Positions 26,966-37,100 of a DNA stretch of 55,902 nucleotides are shown here, piece after piece. Positions within the stretch are counted from its first letter, which is position 1. Every line of letters starts with the position of its first letter. Under the pieces are notes generated by a model, which made no database searches, was not told where the DNA came from, and worked only from the letters and a program-made list of their open reading frames with translations. The DNA is from Promethearchaeota archaeon. Lineage in GTDB: Archaea > Asgardarchaeota > Lokiarchaeia > Sigyniarchaeales > SOKP01. Position numbers and translations under genes: made by a program. The stretch spans positions 3,428 through 59,329 of the forward strand of contig JBHLMP010000016.1 of assembly GCA_048938025.1 (NCBI GenBank). The letters run 5' to 3'.

Positions 26966-28759
26966 TTAGTGTATTGTATGTGGGTTTTTTATTCTTTCAT
27001 AAAGCCCCACTAATTTCTTAGATACAATTTCCCATCTAAAATTATTTTTTACTCTTTTATAACAATTCTCTCTAATTTTATTATAATAATTAGCATCTAG
27101 TAAGACTCGAGATTTAATTACTTCATCAGGAATCTGATTTACAATTTTAAAGGTCTCTGTTTCATAAATTGATCCTATGTTTTTAATTTTCTCTGAAATT
27201 TCGGCTAATTTAAGGAGAGAAATTAAAGCATTTGAAAATTGAGAAATTTTTTCTTTTTCAATTAAAATGCCCGTGCCGATTTCTGGGTATTTCCTCATAT
27301 CGATAATTGTTTCTTGAAATCCTCCTACTTGAGTAGCAATTATTGGGACTTTTAATGCCATCGCTTCTAAGGCGTTAATACCAAATGGCTCCCATCGAGA
27401 TAAAGCACAATATACATCTGAAGCGATATGAGCTAAATAATATATTTCTGGAGCTACACCAAATATTATTCTTATATTATTGGGATATTGCTTTACAAAT
27501 TTAGCATATTGTATTATTTCATTTAAACTATAATCAGTAGGTAAAATAAGGAATAAAAACTTAATATTTGGAATAACTTTAAGGACTTCTGGAATTGCTT
27601 CAAATATAGTTTCAAACCCTTTCTGAGGAGAAATTCTGCCTGTTGTGATTACTAGAGGTCCTGATTCAAAAAAGGGTTTAATTGTACCATTCTTTATAAA
27701 AGGATTTCCATTGGAAATTTTATTGATTGCAGAGAGTACTTTAGTTGAATTTATTAATGGACTCTGACTTAAATGCCCAATTTTATACTTTAATAAATAT
27801 TCCTTTAAATCAGTATGGGATATTTCATTTTGTAGCGGAATATTTAATAAATCTTTGATTTCTTTTCCGAAAGATTGAATTACGTTTCGATAGATCTCAT
27901 AATATTCCCAATCACATCCGTCCCAAATAAAATCAGACTTAAAATCTATTAAGTCCTTACCACAATAAGGTATAATATCTGACTTTAAATAGGATTGACT
28001 AACTGTAGTAACGAGATCACATATAACAGCACCAACTTTTTCAACCGAGGGGGGTTGTTGCAAACTTGAATCTGAACAAAGAGAAAATATTTCATCTATT
28101 GTAAAGGATTTAAACCCTTCTTTTAGAAGTATCTTAATTGGGATTTTACTGATACCACAAGCTCTATAAAAATCAATAGGATACCTTGGCCATGTTAATA
28201 AATGTATAGTCATTAATGATGGTACATCTAATCCATTTATAACTAATCTTTGCTTAACTCCTATAAATGGAAACACTACATGATAATCATGTAAGTGAAT
28301 AACATCTGGTAAATCATCTTTTCTATTTTCAATTAAAAAGTCAATTAAACAGCGGATTCCAAGGCTAAAAAGGCAAATTTTTACGTTTATAGTATCAGGA
28401 TTATAAATATCCTTATCGTCTAAAAATCTTTTTGTAAATGAGTTTTCACCTGTTAATAAAAACACACTGATATTGTTAATTATTAACTTATAAAATGAAA
28501 TATTATACTTCCCTGTAGGTTCATTAATTCCTAAAATCTGGGGATCTATTTTTCCAGTACATTTAAATGGTAATTTCTCCCAGGTATTTTCCATTTTTAA
28601 ACGATCAATTTGACCATGAGAGGGAATAAAAACAGTAATATCATATTTATCCTTTAAGTGCTTAGCTTGGTTTGCGGGTACTTCTCCAAGACCCCCCATC
28701 TTTGCAATTCCTGAATATTCAAAAGTAAATATCCAAATTCTATTTTTTTTTTCGATCAA
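26966..28759 (-). CDS. glgA: glycogen/starch synthase (GT5)
   Basis: KMGGLG, IHLHDYH, TIH, TTVS, GRISPQKG, SRWEPFGINALEAM. Confidence 0.85.
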   Translation of the reverse strand: MIEKKNRIWIFTFEYSGIAKMGGLGEVPANQAKHLKDKYDITVFIPSHGQIDRLKMENTWEKLPFKCTGKIDPQILGINEPTGKYNISFYKLIINNISVFLLTGENSFTKRFLDDKDIYNPDTINVKICLFSLGIRCLIDFLIENRKDDLPDVIHLHDYHVVFPFIGVKQRLVINGLDVPSLMTIHLLTWPRYPIDFYRACGISKIPIKILLKEGFKSFTIDEIFSLCSDSSLQQPPSVEKVGAVICDLVTTVSQSYLKSDIIPYCGKDLIDFKSDFIWDGCDWEYYEIYRNVIQSFGKEIKDLLNIPLQNEISHTDLKEYLLKYKIGHLSQSPLINSTKVLSAINKISNGNPFIKNGTIKPFFESGPLVITTGRISPQKGFETIFEAIPEVLKVIPNIKFLFLILPTDYSLNEIIQYAKFVKQYPNNIRIIFGVAPEIYYLAHIASDVYCALSRWEPFGINALEAMALKVPIIATQVGGFQETIIDMRKYPEIGTGILIEKEKISQFSNALISLLKLAEISEKIKNIGSIYETETFKIVNQIPDEVIKSRVLLDANYYNKIRENCYKRVKNNFRWEIVSKKLVGLYERIKNPHTIH

Positions 28760-29062
28760 AGCAACTCAATACTTCTCTAGCACGCAGTTAATAGTCAAAA
28801 ATTAATTTTAAAATTAGTCATTTAAAAATAACTAGGTTTAAGTCTTTAATATAATGTTTTTATTAAAACTTAATTAAAAATACATTTGTATGATACAATT
28901 GCGACAAAAAAATTTGATGGAGTAGAGTTATACTATTTTCTCATATAAGTGGAATTAAAATTATTTTTTCTTAATTTTCTCATTAAAACTTAACTATAAT
29001 TTTGATTTTTACTTATATTAATTACTAAATTTAAATATAAGCAATTTAAGGTTGTAAATAAG

Positions 29063-29446
29063 ATGGTAGATATTAAGATAATTGACACAGGAGCTCCAAA
29101 AGCAGGTCCTTATAGTCTTGGTCTAAAAGCAGGTAATCTAATCTTCATATCGGGGCAAGTACCTGATCAAAAGGCCAAGAACATAAAAGAACAGACTTTC
29201 AGTGCTCTTGAAAAAATTAAAAAAGTTCTAGAAGCTGCAAAGGCAAATGTTAGAAACATAGTTAAAATTGGAGTATATCTAAAAAGCATGGATGATTTTA
29301 AGGAAATGAATGAAGCTTATAAAGATTTTTTTGAACAGAATGGAGTATCAGAAAAATTCCCTACACGAAGCACTATAGAAGCAGTTTGTCCACTACCAAC
29401 AGCACTAATTGAAATTGATGCCATAGCAGTAATAGAACCTAAGTAA
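29063..29446 (+). CDS. ridA: RidA/YjgF family protein
   Basis: GPYS, FISGQ, F..MNEAY, PTRS, IEIDAIA. Confidence 0.88.
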   Translation: MVDIKIIDTGAPKAGPYSLGLKAGNLIFISGQVPDQKAKNIKEQTFSALEKIKKVLEAAKANVRNIVKIGVYLKSMDDFKEMNEAYKDFFEQNGVSEKFPTRSTIEAVCPLPTALIEIDAIAVIEPK

Positions 29447-29536
29447 TTTTCTTTATAAACTTTTCTTTATATCTTCAGAAGATACTTTAAATAGATAATT
29501 ACATTTTCACTTTTATTAAGAATCATAAAATAACTC

Positions 29537-30766
29537 GTGAAAATAATGGATAATATGGAAAAAGCTATTATAGAAAAAATAGATGAGATGAGAGCTGAGA
29601 TAATCCGATTTCTTCAAGAATTAATTCAGATTCCTTCCGAAGTACCTCCCGGGAAGTATAAAGAAATATCGAAATTTGTTGAATCTAAAATGAACGAATT
29701 TAAAATAAATACAAAAGTTAAAAAAAAGAATCTTATTGGAGAAATAGGAAATGAAAATGGACCATCTTTAATTTTTAATGCTCATCTTGATACAGTTGCC
29801 ACGTATGATGGTTGGACGAAAGAACCGCATGGAGGAGAGATTATTGGAAAAAAAGTATATGGACGTGGAGCTGCTGATGATAAGGCATGTGTAGCAGCAG
29901 AAATTTTCGCTACTAAAGCCTTATTAGATCTAGGAATAATTCTAAATGGAAAATTAATAATAACTGCGGTAATTAACGAGGAAATCGGCGGTATATTGGG
30001 TTCTGAATATCTTGTAAAGGATGAAGTTATAACTGGAGATGCTTGTTTATTAGGTGATGTTTGTTGTGATTATCCAATTGCTTATCTAGGTGGAACCATG
30101 CAAATTAGTTTTATTATTAAAGGAATACGTCGCCAAGCACAAGCCTATCCAGATTTACCTCCACCTAATCGCAATAAATATTCAGGAGTAAATACTATTA
30201 ACAAAATGGTGAAAATTATGAATTTCCTAATAGGTTTACAAGAAGAAATAATACAAAAGGAAACTAAATATCCAATCCCTCCTGAACTTCCATCGAAAGT
30301 AAGTTCTGTAAATTTTACAATGATAAATGGAGGAAATTCAGCCCTCACAATTCCAGATAAATGTGTTTTGCAATGCTTAATTAGTGTCATTCCAGAAATG
30401 GATCTAGAGAGTATTAAGGTAAGAATCTTTAATTTTGTAGAATCTCTTGAAAAAGAAGATGCAGACTTAAATATTACTGCTCAAATAGGAGCTTATATAA
30501 AACCACATATAACAGATACAAACTCTATTTTTGCACTCGCAGTGAAAAAAGCATTCAAAACTGTATTCGAAGAAGATAGAGATTTTAAGACGTCTATACC
30601 AACTACTGATGCTCAAATATTTCGAGAAAAAGGCATAGAAACTATTTTAATTGGACCTCTTAGGGGAGAGAATAATTATCACGCTCAAGATGAGTTTGTC
30701 TACATAGACGATTTAATAAACGTAACCAAAATCTATGCATTAACCGCATTGAATTATCTTAAATAA
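29537..30766 (+). CDS. M20 family metallopeptidase (ArgE/DapE-like)
   Basis: AHLDTV, GRGAADDK, NEEIGG, HAQDE. Confidence 0.88.
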   Translation: MKIMDNMEKAIIEKIDEMRAEIIRFLQELIQIPSEVPPGKYKEISKFVESKMNEFKINTKVKKKNLIGEIGNENGPSLIFNAHLDTVATYDGWTKEPHGGEIIGKKVYGRGAADDKACVAAEIFATKALLDLGIILNGKLIITAVINEEIGGILGSEYLVKDEVITGDACLLGDVCCDYPIAYLGGTMQISFIIKGIRRQAQAYPDLPPPNRNKYSGVNTINKMVKIMNFLIGLQEEIIQKETKYPIPPELPSKVSSVNFTMINGGNSALTIPDKCVLQCLISVIPEMDLESIKVRIFNFVESLEKEDADLNITAQIGAYIKPHITDTNSIFALAVKKAFKTVFEEDRDFKTSIPTTDAQIFREKGIETILIGPLRGENNYHAQDEFVYIDDLINVTKIYALTALNYLK

Positions 30767-30817
30767 TTAGAAAAAATATTTCTTTTTACTAACTAAAATT
30801 TTTTAAAATGAGAAATA

Positions 30818-31966
30818 ATGTGTGACACTCTCGTTGCTTTAGGGAATTCGACAAAAGATGGTAATGTTATCTTTGGAAAAAACTCAGATCGCCCTTCCAA
30901 TGAAGTTCAATTAATAACTTATGCCCCAAGCACTAAACACTCAATGGGAGAAGAAGTAAAATGTACATATATTTCGATTCCTCAAGTTTCTGAGACTATA
31001 GCAGTTTTATTAAGTCAACCGTGGTGGATGTGGGGGGCAGAAATGGGCACTAATAAGTATGATGTCGTAATTGGAAATGAAGCCGTTTATACATATGAAC
31101 GCTTGAGGAACACTGGATTATTAGGGATGGATTTACTGAGGTTAGGTCTTGAAAGAGGAAAAAATGCAAAAGAAGCCTTGGATATAATTACTAACTTATT
31201 AGAAGAATTTGGACAAGGTGGAGGTTGTTCATATGATGATCCAAGTTGGATGTATCATAATTCTTTTTTAATTGCGGATCCAGAAGAAGCTTATGTTTTG
31301 GAGACTGCTGATGAATGGTGGATTGCTGAAAATGTAAAAAGTGTAAGATCTATATCAAATGAACTCTCTATTAGAGGAAAGGGTGATATCAGGAGAAGAG
31401 GCATAATTCAGCATGCTATTGAAAAAGGATATTGTAAAGATGATGATGATTTTGATTTTGCTATAACTTTCTGCGGTTCACCTCCATCAATAGTACAATA
31501 TTCAAGAGGAGGAAAGGCAACATATTTACTTAATAATAGTAAGGGAAAAATCACTTCTAAGATGATGATGGAATTTTTAAGAGATCATCAGGCAGGAATT
31601 TGTATGCATGGAGGTTTTGAATCGACAGGTTCTCAAGTATCCCATTTAAAAAAAGAAAAAAAATCAATTCATTGGTTTACAGGCACAACACTCCCTTGCT
31701 TGAGTACTTATAAGCCTTATACATTTCCAATTGGTAAAAAAAAATCTTATAAGCCTGGACCTTATATAAAAGTTAATTCTGACTGGGTATGGTATAAAAA
31801 CGCATCCAATAAACTATTTAGTAAGAAAAATGAGTTATTAAATATAGAAAATGAGATTATTTTAGAAGTAAATGAATTAGTTGCTCAAGAAGGCAAATTG
31901 TCCAAAGAAGATTTTGATAATGAAATGGAATTAATAAATCAAAAAGCATGGGAAAAGTTTTATTAA
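30818..31966 (+). CDS. C69 family peptidase (secernin-like Ntn hydrolase)
   Basis: N-terminal nucleophile MCDT, FGKNSDRP, WMWGAEMG.N, GMDLLRLGLERG. Confidence 0.9.
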   Translation: MCDTLVALGNSTKDGNVIFGKNSDRPSNEVQLITYAPSTKHSMGEEVKCTYISIPQVSETIAVLLSQPWWMWGAEMGTNKYDVVIGNEAVYTYERLRNTGLLGMDLLRLGLERGKNAKEALDIITNLLEEFGQGGGCSYDDPSWMYHNSFLIADPEEAYVLETADEWWIAENVKSVRSISNELSIRGKGDIRRRGIIQHAIEKGYCKDDDDFDFAITFCGSPPSIVQYSRGGKATYLLNNSKGKITSKMMMEFLRDHQAGICMHGGFESTGSQVSHLKKEKKSIHWFTGTTLPCLSTYKPYTFPIGKKKSYKPGPYIKVNSDWVWYKNASNKLFSKKNELLNIENEIILEVNELVAQEGKLSKEDFDNEMELINQKAWEKFY

Positions 31967-32053
31967 AAACTGCATTTTAATTGAAAAAACTTAATAGTTT
32001 TGGAATATTTTGCAAAAAATAGATAATAAAAGCTTATCAATGGGTTTTATTAA

Positions 32054-32347
32054 ATGGCATCAAATAAAATAGAATTATTGGGATTGGAAGGAGTTATCTC
32101 CAATTATAGGAGAGGACGCCATACAGTTCATCCTAAACAATGTATTTTAGTATTTCCAAATATTAAAACTAGAAAAGAAGCAAATAAGTTGATAGGAAGA
32201 ATAGTAATCTGGACGAGTCCTACTGGTAAAGATTTAAGGGGCTTAATAACACGAGCTCATGGAAATAGTGGTGCTGTAAGAGCCCATTTTAAAAAAGCAG
32301 GTGTTCCTGGACAAGCACTTGGTACTAAAGTCAGAATTCTTAAATAA
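32054..32347 (+). CDS. rpl35ae: 50S ribosomal protein L35Ae (eL33)
   Basis: NYRRG, ITRAHGNSGAVRAHF, PGQALG. Confidence 0.93.
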   Translation: MASNKIELLGLEGVISNYRRGRHTVHPKQCILVFPNIKTRKEANKLIGRIVIWTSPTGKDLRGLITRAHGNSGAVRAHFKKAGVPGQALGTKVRILK

Positions 32348-32555
32348 AGTTGTTAAAACACTATTTAAAATAATATCATTTAACTTGTTTTCAAAATTAA
32401 AATAGTCAAACTTACCTTCTTAATTAATTATTCTTGACTTTGCATAGGTATTACATCAATATTATACTTATTTTTGATAATAAGATAATATTTCTTTTTT
32501 GATAATAGTTTATTTAAGATTTTTTTATATTATTAGGCTGGGTTTTGTAATAAAA

Positions 32556-34652
32556 ATGTCAGAACAAATGTGCCGATTTTGTCATAATTATGTTAAAGTA
32601 GCTTATTATTGCCAAGACTGTGGTACATCTAGTTGTTCTGATTGCTTACATGAGAATAAATTCGAGTTTTTTATCTGTCAAGATTGTAAGTCTAGAAATA
32701 TTGAAACTTTAGATTCTGAAAAAAAGAAAGTGTGCAGAGATTGTGGTAAAGAAAATATTGTCAAAGTAAATCAAGTTTTAAAATCTTGCCCAAAATGTAA
32801 TTCACATCAAATAATAAATATTTATGAAAAAAAAGAAGAATTAGAGAAGAAATTTTTAGAAACAATTAAAGATGTACGTTTATTCATTAACCCTATTAAT
32901 GAAATACTGAAAAAATTATATAAGCTTCGCCAAGAAGTCTATAGAGCCAGAGATCCCCCTATTAAATGCTATCATTTCCCTAAAATGGAATCAGATTTAT
33001 TAGCTCTTTTTAAATTATTTACCTATATAAAAAATACTTTATATGAAAAAACAAATCACCATTTCCACCAATTAGATCAGAATAAAGAGTACTTTTTTGA
33101 TATCTATTCTCAACCTAATTCTAATTTAACTATAATTGAAGGGATTTTAGAAAATCTATTGAGAAATTATAATTCAATCAATGAGTTCATTAATACTAAT
33201 GTTAAAACTTTCAATGAAAGTATGGTTCCTTTTGAAAAGAATCTGAACTTCATTGACAGGATCAGCTTCTATTTTTCAACTTATAAGAAATTTCTAAGTT
33301 TAGCAGAAAATGAGAAACCAGTCTATGCAATTTATGCAAAATTGATTAATGGATTAAATACTCAAGATAAATTCAAGAAAAATAAGGGTATTTTATTTAT
33401 ATCCAATTTAGATCTCTCATTTGTTCATAAGTATGGAGTAGGAAAAAAAAAGGAAGAGTTAACTTTTAAAGCACCAGTTCGTGATTTAACTCGGATTAGA
33501 GAAAAAGGTAAAGTATTCAAAAAATTATATTTAGAATTTGAATATGGAAAATATGAATTTAATCTTCCTCCTAATGCTATTTCAAGAGTAATTGAATATA
33601 TACTTTTAGCAAGAACCTTTGATGAGTCTACTATTATAGATAACAAATCAACTACACAACTTCAAAACATTGATATTGAGTTAAATGATTTGATAAATTT
33701 TATTGAAGAAAGTATCAACTCTTTCTTTAGCTTAAAATGTCAATACAATAAAGGATTTGAAAGTATAAGTAATTATAATAAAGGAATAGCTCAACGCATT
33801 AACTACCAAGACAGTCTAATAAATTATCATTCTAATCAAAATCTTCCTCAATATCCATATCATCAAAACCAAAATTTACAGCAATTGTGGCCTAAAAAAC
33901 AATTTTTAACTAATTTAAATAGCAACTTTTTTCCAGAAAATTTAAAAATTTATCCAGGTTTTACTTATCCGTCTTATGTGAGAAACCCAGCTACTCAATT
34001 ACCCGAAGATCTAAATTATTATTCAAACCCTTTACATCAGTATTTAGCATCTAACCAAGATAAAAACGAATATTTTATTCAGGATCTTCATAATCCTAAT
34101 AGATTTCAAAACTATCGCCCTCAAAGGGTAAACTTATATAATGATGAGTTTTCTGATTTTGGACATAAAAATCTTTTGATGAGAAAATTAGGGCAAGCAC
34201 AAAAATTTAATCTCCCAACTCCAGATCACCCGAATTTCATAAATCCTGAATTCTATAAATCAGCATATACAAATGGTTATTCAGATCCTATATTTGATTA
34301 TACAGATTATAATAGAAATCATTTATCTGATTTATTTAATCCAGAAAATCTTCCAACAGAAAATACTTATAAAGGCAATAGGAAAATATTTAAACTTAAT
34401 AAAGAAAAACGTGAAAAGTTGTTTGAATTAAATAAAGATAAATATAGTCTAAATGAAACATTAAAAACACTCGATGCGAAATTTGATCAAGGAATTATTT
34501 CAGAGATTGATTATTTTAGAACTTTTAAGAATCTACAAAAAGAAATATATTTAATTGAAAAAAAAATTGAATCTATAAAAGAAGAATTAGAAGAAATCGA
34601 GGCGATAAAGAAAAATAATAGAAGTTTTGATACAAAAAGATACTTCACTTGA
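32556..34652 (+). CDS. multi-zinc-finger / PH-like / steadiness-box protein (ESCRT-I-like candidate)
   Basis: Six CxxC pairs, helical stalk, PH/GRAM-like domain (GILFISNLDLSF..LYLEF), N/Q/Y/P-rich linker, C-terminal Vps23/TSG101 SB-like hairpin. ATG at 32556 preferred. Confidence 0.6.
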   Translation: MSEQMCRFCHNYVKVAYYCQDCGTSSCSDCLHENKFEFFICQDCKSRNIETLDSEKKKVCRDCGKENIVKVNQVLKSCPKCNSHQIINIYEKKEELEKKFLETIKDVRLFINPINEILKKLYKLRQEVYRARDPPIKCYHFPKMESDLLALFKLFTYIKNTLYEKTNHHFHQLDQNKEYFFDIYSQPNSNLTIIEGILENLLRNYNSINEFINTNVKTFNESMVPFEKNLNFIDRISFYFSTYKKFLSLAENEKPVYAIYAKLINGLNTQDKFKKNKGILFISNLDLSFVHKYGVGKKKEELTFKAPVRDLTRIREKGKVFKKLYLEFEYGKYEFNLPPNAISRVIEYILLARTFDESTIIDNKSTTQLQNIDIELNDLINFIEESINSFFSLKCQYNKGFESISNYNKGIAQRINYQDSLINYHSNQNLPQYPYHQNQNLQQLWPKKQFLTNLNSNFFPENLKIYPGFTYPSYVRNPATQLPEDLNYYSNPLHQYLASNQDKNEYFIQDLHNPNRFQNYRPQRVNLYNDEFSDFGHKNLLMRKLGQAQKFNLPTPDHPNFINPEFYKSAYTNGYSDPIFDYTDYNRNHLSDLFNPENLPTENTYKGNRKIFKLNKEKREKLFELNKDKYSLNETLKTLDAKFDQGIISEIDYFRTFKNLQKEIYLIEKKIESIKEELEEIEAIKKNNRSFDTKRYFT

Positions 34653-34781
34653 ATTTTATTATAACCCAGCTAAATAATAATATAATAAGTTTCAAATCGA
34701 TTATTGTACTAAAAGAATTTTAAATAAAATTATTTCAGATTTAATTAATTTTATAAGAAAGCTTTGTTTAAAATTACTGAC

Positions 34782-35429
34782 TTAGCTTTGTAATTCTTTG
34801 CGTAGTTTATCGATCTCATCCTTAAGCTTTTCTTTTGATTTCATTTCTTCTTCTTCAAGTTCTTCGTATTCAGGAATATATTGTAAATCATCTGCGGGAA
34901 CTTTTGGCATAGTACCTCCTTGATCAAGGAGCATTTCCGTTTCCAATTGATTTAATTCTTCTGTAACATCAATTGCAAGATCTATCTCAGGATCTCCTGC
35001 TAAAATATCTGCTGCTTCTTCAATTTCTGATACATATGCTTCAGAATCTTCTGCAATTTCAGCAACTTTAGCGGGGGAAGCTTTAGTGGCAATATATTCC
35101 AACTCATCTCTTATCCCTCCAAATATATCACCAGTTTGCGATATTAAAACACCCTCTTCTATTGCTTGAATTTGTCTTTCGATTTTTGCTCTAATATTAT
35201 TGGATCTATCAACCTTGGTTTGATAAGCCTTGTATTGAATAAGATAATTCTTCGCACGATCTTTCTCTCCTCGCTTCAATGCAATTTTGGCATTTTTACG
35301 ACTAATCTCAGCACGTCGGCTATAATTTTTATTCATTACATTCAATCTGTGAATATGACCTTTTGCTTTAGAGACTAAATCATCTTTTTCTTTACTTTTC
35401 CGGGGGAATAATTTTTTCTTGAGTCCTAT
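34782..35429 (-). CDS. ESCRT-III (Snf7 family) protein
   Basis: Basic N-half (AKIALKRGEKDRAKNYL) and acidic C-half, ELNQLE, MIM2-like MPKVP, terminal amphipathic helix. N-terminus extends to ATA at 35429 ((M)GLKKKLFPRK). Confidence 0.8.
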   Translation of the reverse strand: MGLKKKLFPRKSKEKDDLVSKAKGHIHRLNVMNKNYSRRAEISRKNAKIALKRGEKDRAKNYLIQYKAYQTKVDRSNNIRAKIERQIQAIEEGVLISQTGDIFGGIRDELEYIATKASPAKVAEIAEDSEAYVSEIEEAADILAGDPEIDLAIDVTEELNQLETEMLLDQGGTMPKVPADDLQYIPEYEELEEEEMKSKEKLKDEIDKLRKELQS

Positions 35430-35580
35430 AAGCGTCTCATCTCCATTTAAAAGTTTATTTTAATGTTATCTATTTTATGAAATATATGATTTTTCTAGCT
35501 TAAAAATTTAATATTATTTAATATATTATAATAAAAGAATTCTCATCAAAAAAGTTTTCATAGACCGATTTTGAAAAATT

Positions 35581-36696
35581 ATGAAAAAAATTATAATAAA
35601 TTTTGAAACAAGAAACAGCAATTTCAAAGAATTAGTTCAAGAAGCATTCAATAAAGATTTTCTAAATTTTTTTGTTACACAATCTACTTTTTCTGAATTC
35701 GAGGGAATCAAACGTATCAATTTATTTACAAAAGATCTTACAATACCCGTAAAATATACGATCTATGAAAATAAAGGAGAATTAGAAAAGAAATTAGTAG
35801 AAAAAGGAATTCCTGAAGAAAATATAGGTTATTATAAACAATTGAAATCAAAGGAAGATGAGCAGGAAGTAGTAGAACTCTCGAAAACAGGAAGAATTGA
35901 TCTGATTATTATTTCTGCAAAGAATTGGAAAATTATCCCAATTGAAAATCTTATTGCAGAAATGCATTCAAATGAAATAGAGCTGATTGCTGAAGTGGAA
36001 AATGTTGAAGAAGCTGAATTAATGTTAAAAACACTTGAAATTGGGGTTGATGGAGTTTTGATTAAACCTAATACACCAAATGATTTGGTTGATTTAAAAA
36101 AGTTATTATTTACTTCATTCAAAATTGATTTGACAAGAGCGAGAGTTATTAATATTAATAATATTCCAGAAAGCGATAGAGTATGTGTTGACACAACTTC
36201 AATCCTTAATTTAGGAGAGGGTTTTCTTGTGGGCTCAACCGCAACTGGCTTCTGCTTAATTCATTCAGAAACTATTGAATCTCAATTTGTAGCAATTAGA
36301 CCCTTTCGAGTGAATGCAGGTGATGTATCTGCGTACATTTTAGTACCTAATGATGATCCCGAGAAGATATATCGTACTAAATATCTGAGTGAATTGAAAG
36401 GTGGGGATAGAGTATTAGCAGTTAGCAGTAATGGTGATGTTAGAATTGTATCAGTAGGAAGAGTAAAAATTGAAACCCGCCCAATGTTGAGGTTTGAATT
36501 GGAGGCTTTTGAAGGGAATAAAAAAATAGTCCTTAGTTGTATATGTCAAAATGCTGAAACTATACGATTAGTCGATGTTAACGGGAAAGCTAAATCCGTT
36601 GTTGATATGAAAATAGGAGATGAAGTTTTAGTTCATATTGGACCTAAAGCAACGCATTTCGGTACACCTATAAAAGAAAAAATTATTGAAAAATAA
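35581..36696 (+). CDS. aroB': 3-dehydroquinate synthase II
   Basis: WKIIPIENLIA, DRVCVDT, RPFRVNAG, YLSELKGGD, GRVKIETRP, QNAETIRLV. Confidence 0.92.
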   Translation: MKKIIINFETRNSNFKELVQEAFNKDFLNFFVTQSTFSEFEGIKRINLFTKDLTIPVKYTIYENKGELEKKLVEKGIPEENIGYYKQLKSKEDEQEVVELSKTGRIDLIIISAKNWKIIPIENLIAEMHSNEIELIAEVENVEEAELMLKTLEIGVDGVLIKPNTPNDLVDLKKLLFTSFKIDLTRARVININNIPESDRVCVDTTSILNLGEGFLVGSTATGFCLIHSETIESQFVAIRPFRVNAGDVSAYILVPNDDPEKIYRTKYLSELKGGDRVLAVSSNGDVRIVSVGRVKIETRPMLRFELEAFEGNKKIVLSCICQNAETIRLVDVNGKAKSVVDMKIGDEVLVHIGPKATHFGTPIKEKIIEK

Positions 36697-36746
36697 AAAT
36701 CTTAAAAGATTTTTAATAATAAGAAAATTAAATTCTTATATTTTTA

Positions 36747-37025
36747 TTGTCTGAAATAAAACCTGGTGAAATTTCTGAGGAAGAAGTAACATTTTTCCGG
36801 GAGCAAAAAATTTGCTTAGTTTGCAAGGGGGTAGTTAAAGGATTTAATTATATTTGTTCTGAATGTGATGCTTTATATTGTGAAAATTGTGCTAGAACAT
36901 TAACTGATTTAGAAAATGCATGTTGGGTTTGTAATGCTCCATTTGATAATACCAAACCTACAAAACCTTTTACCAAGAATAGAGAGCGTGGAGATATTAA
37001 AAAACCAAATGACTTCAAAAAATAA
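36747..37025 (+). CDS. small C4C4 RING-like zinc finger protein
   Basis: CLVC-x9-CSEC-x4-CENC-x10-CWVC. Confidence 0.65.
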   Translation: MSEIKPGEISEEEVTFFREQKICLVCKGVVKGFNYICSECDALYCENCARTLTDLENACWVCNAPFDNTKPTKPFTKNRERGDIKKPNDFKK

Positions 37026-37100
37026 ATTATGGAAACCTTTTAATTGTATTTTTTTATTTAATAATATTAATATTCAAGTTGTAATTAGAAATAACCAGAT

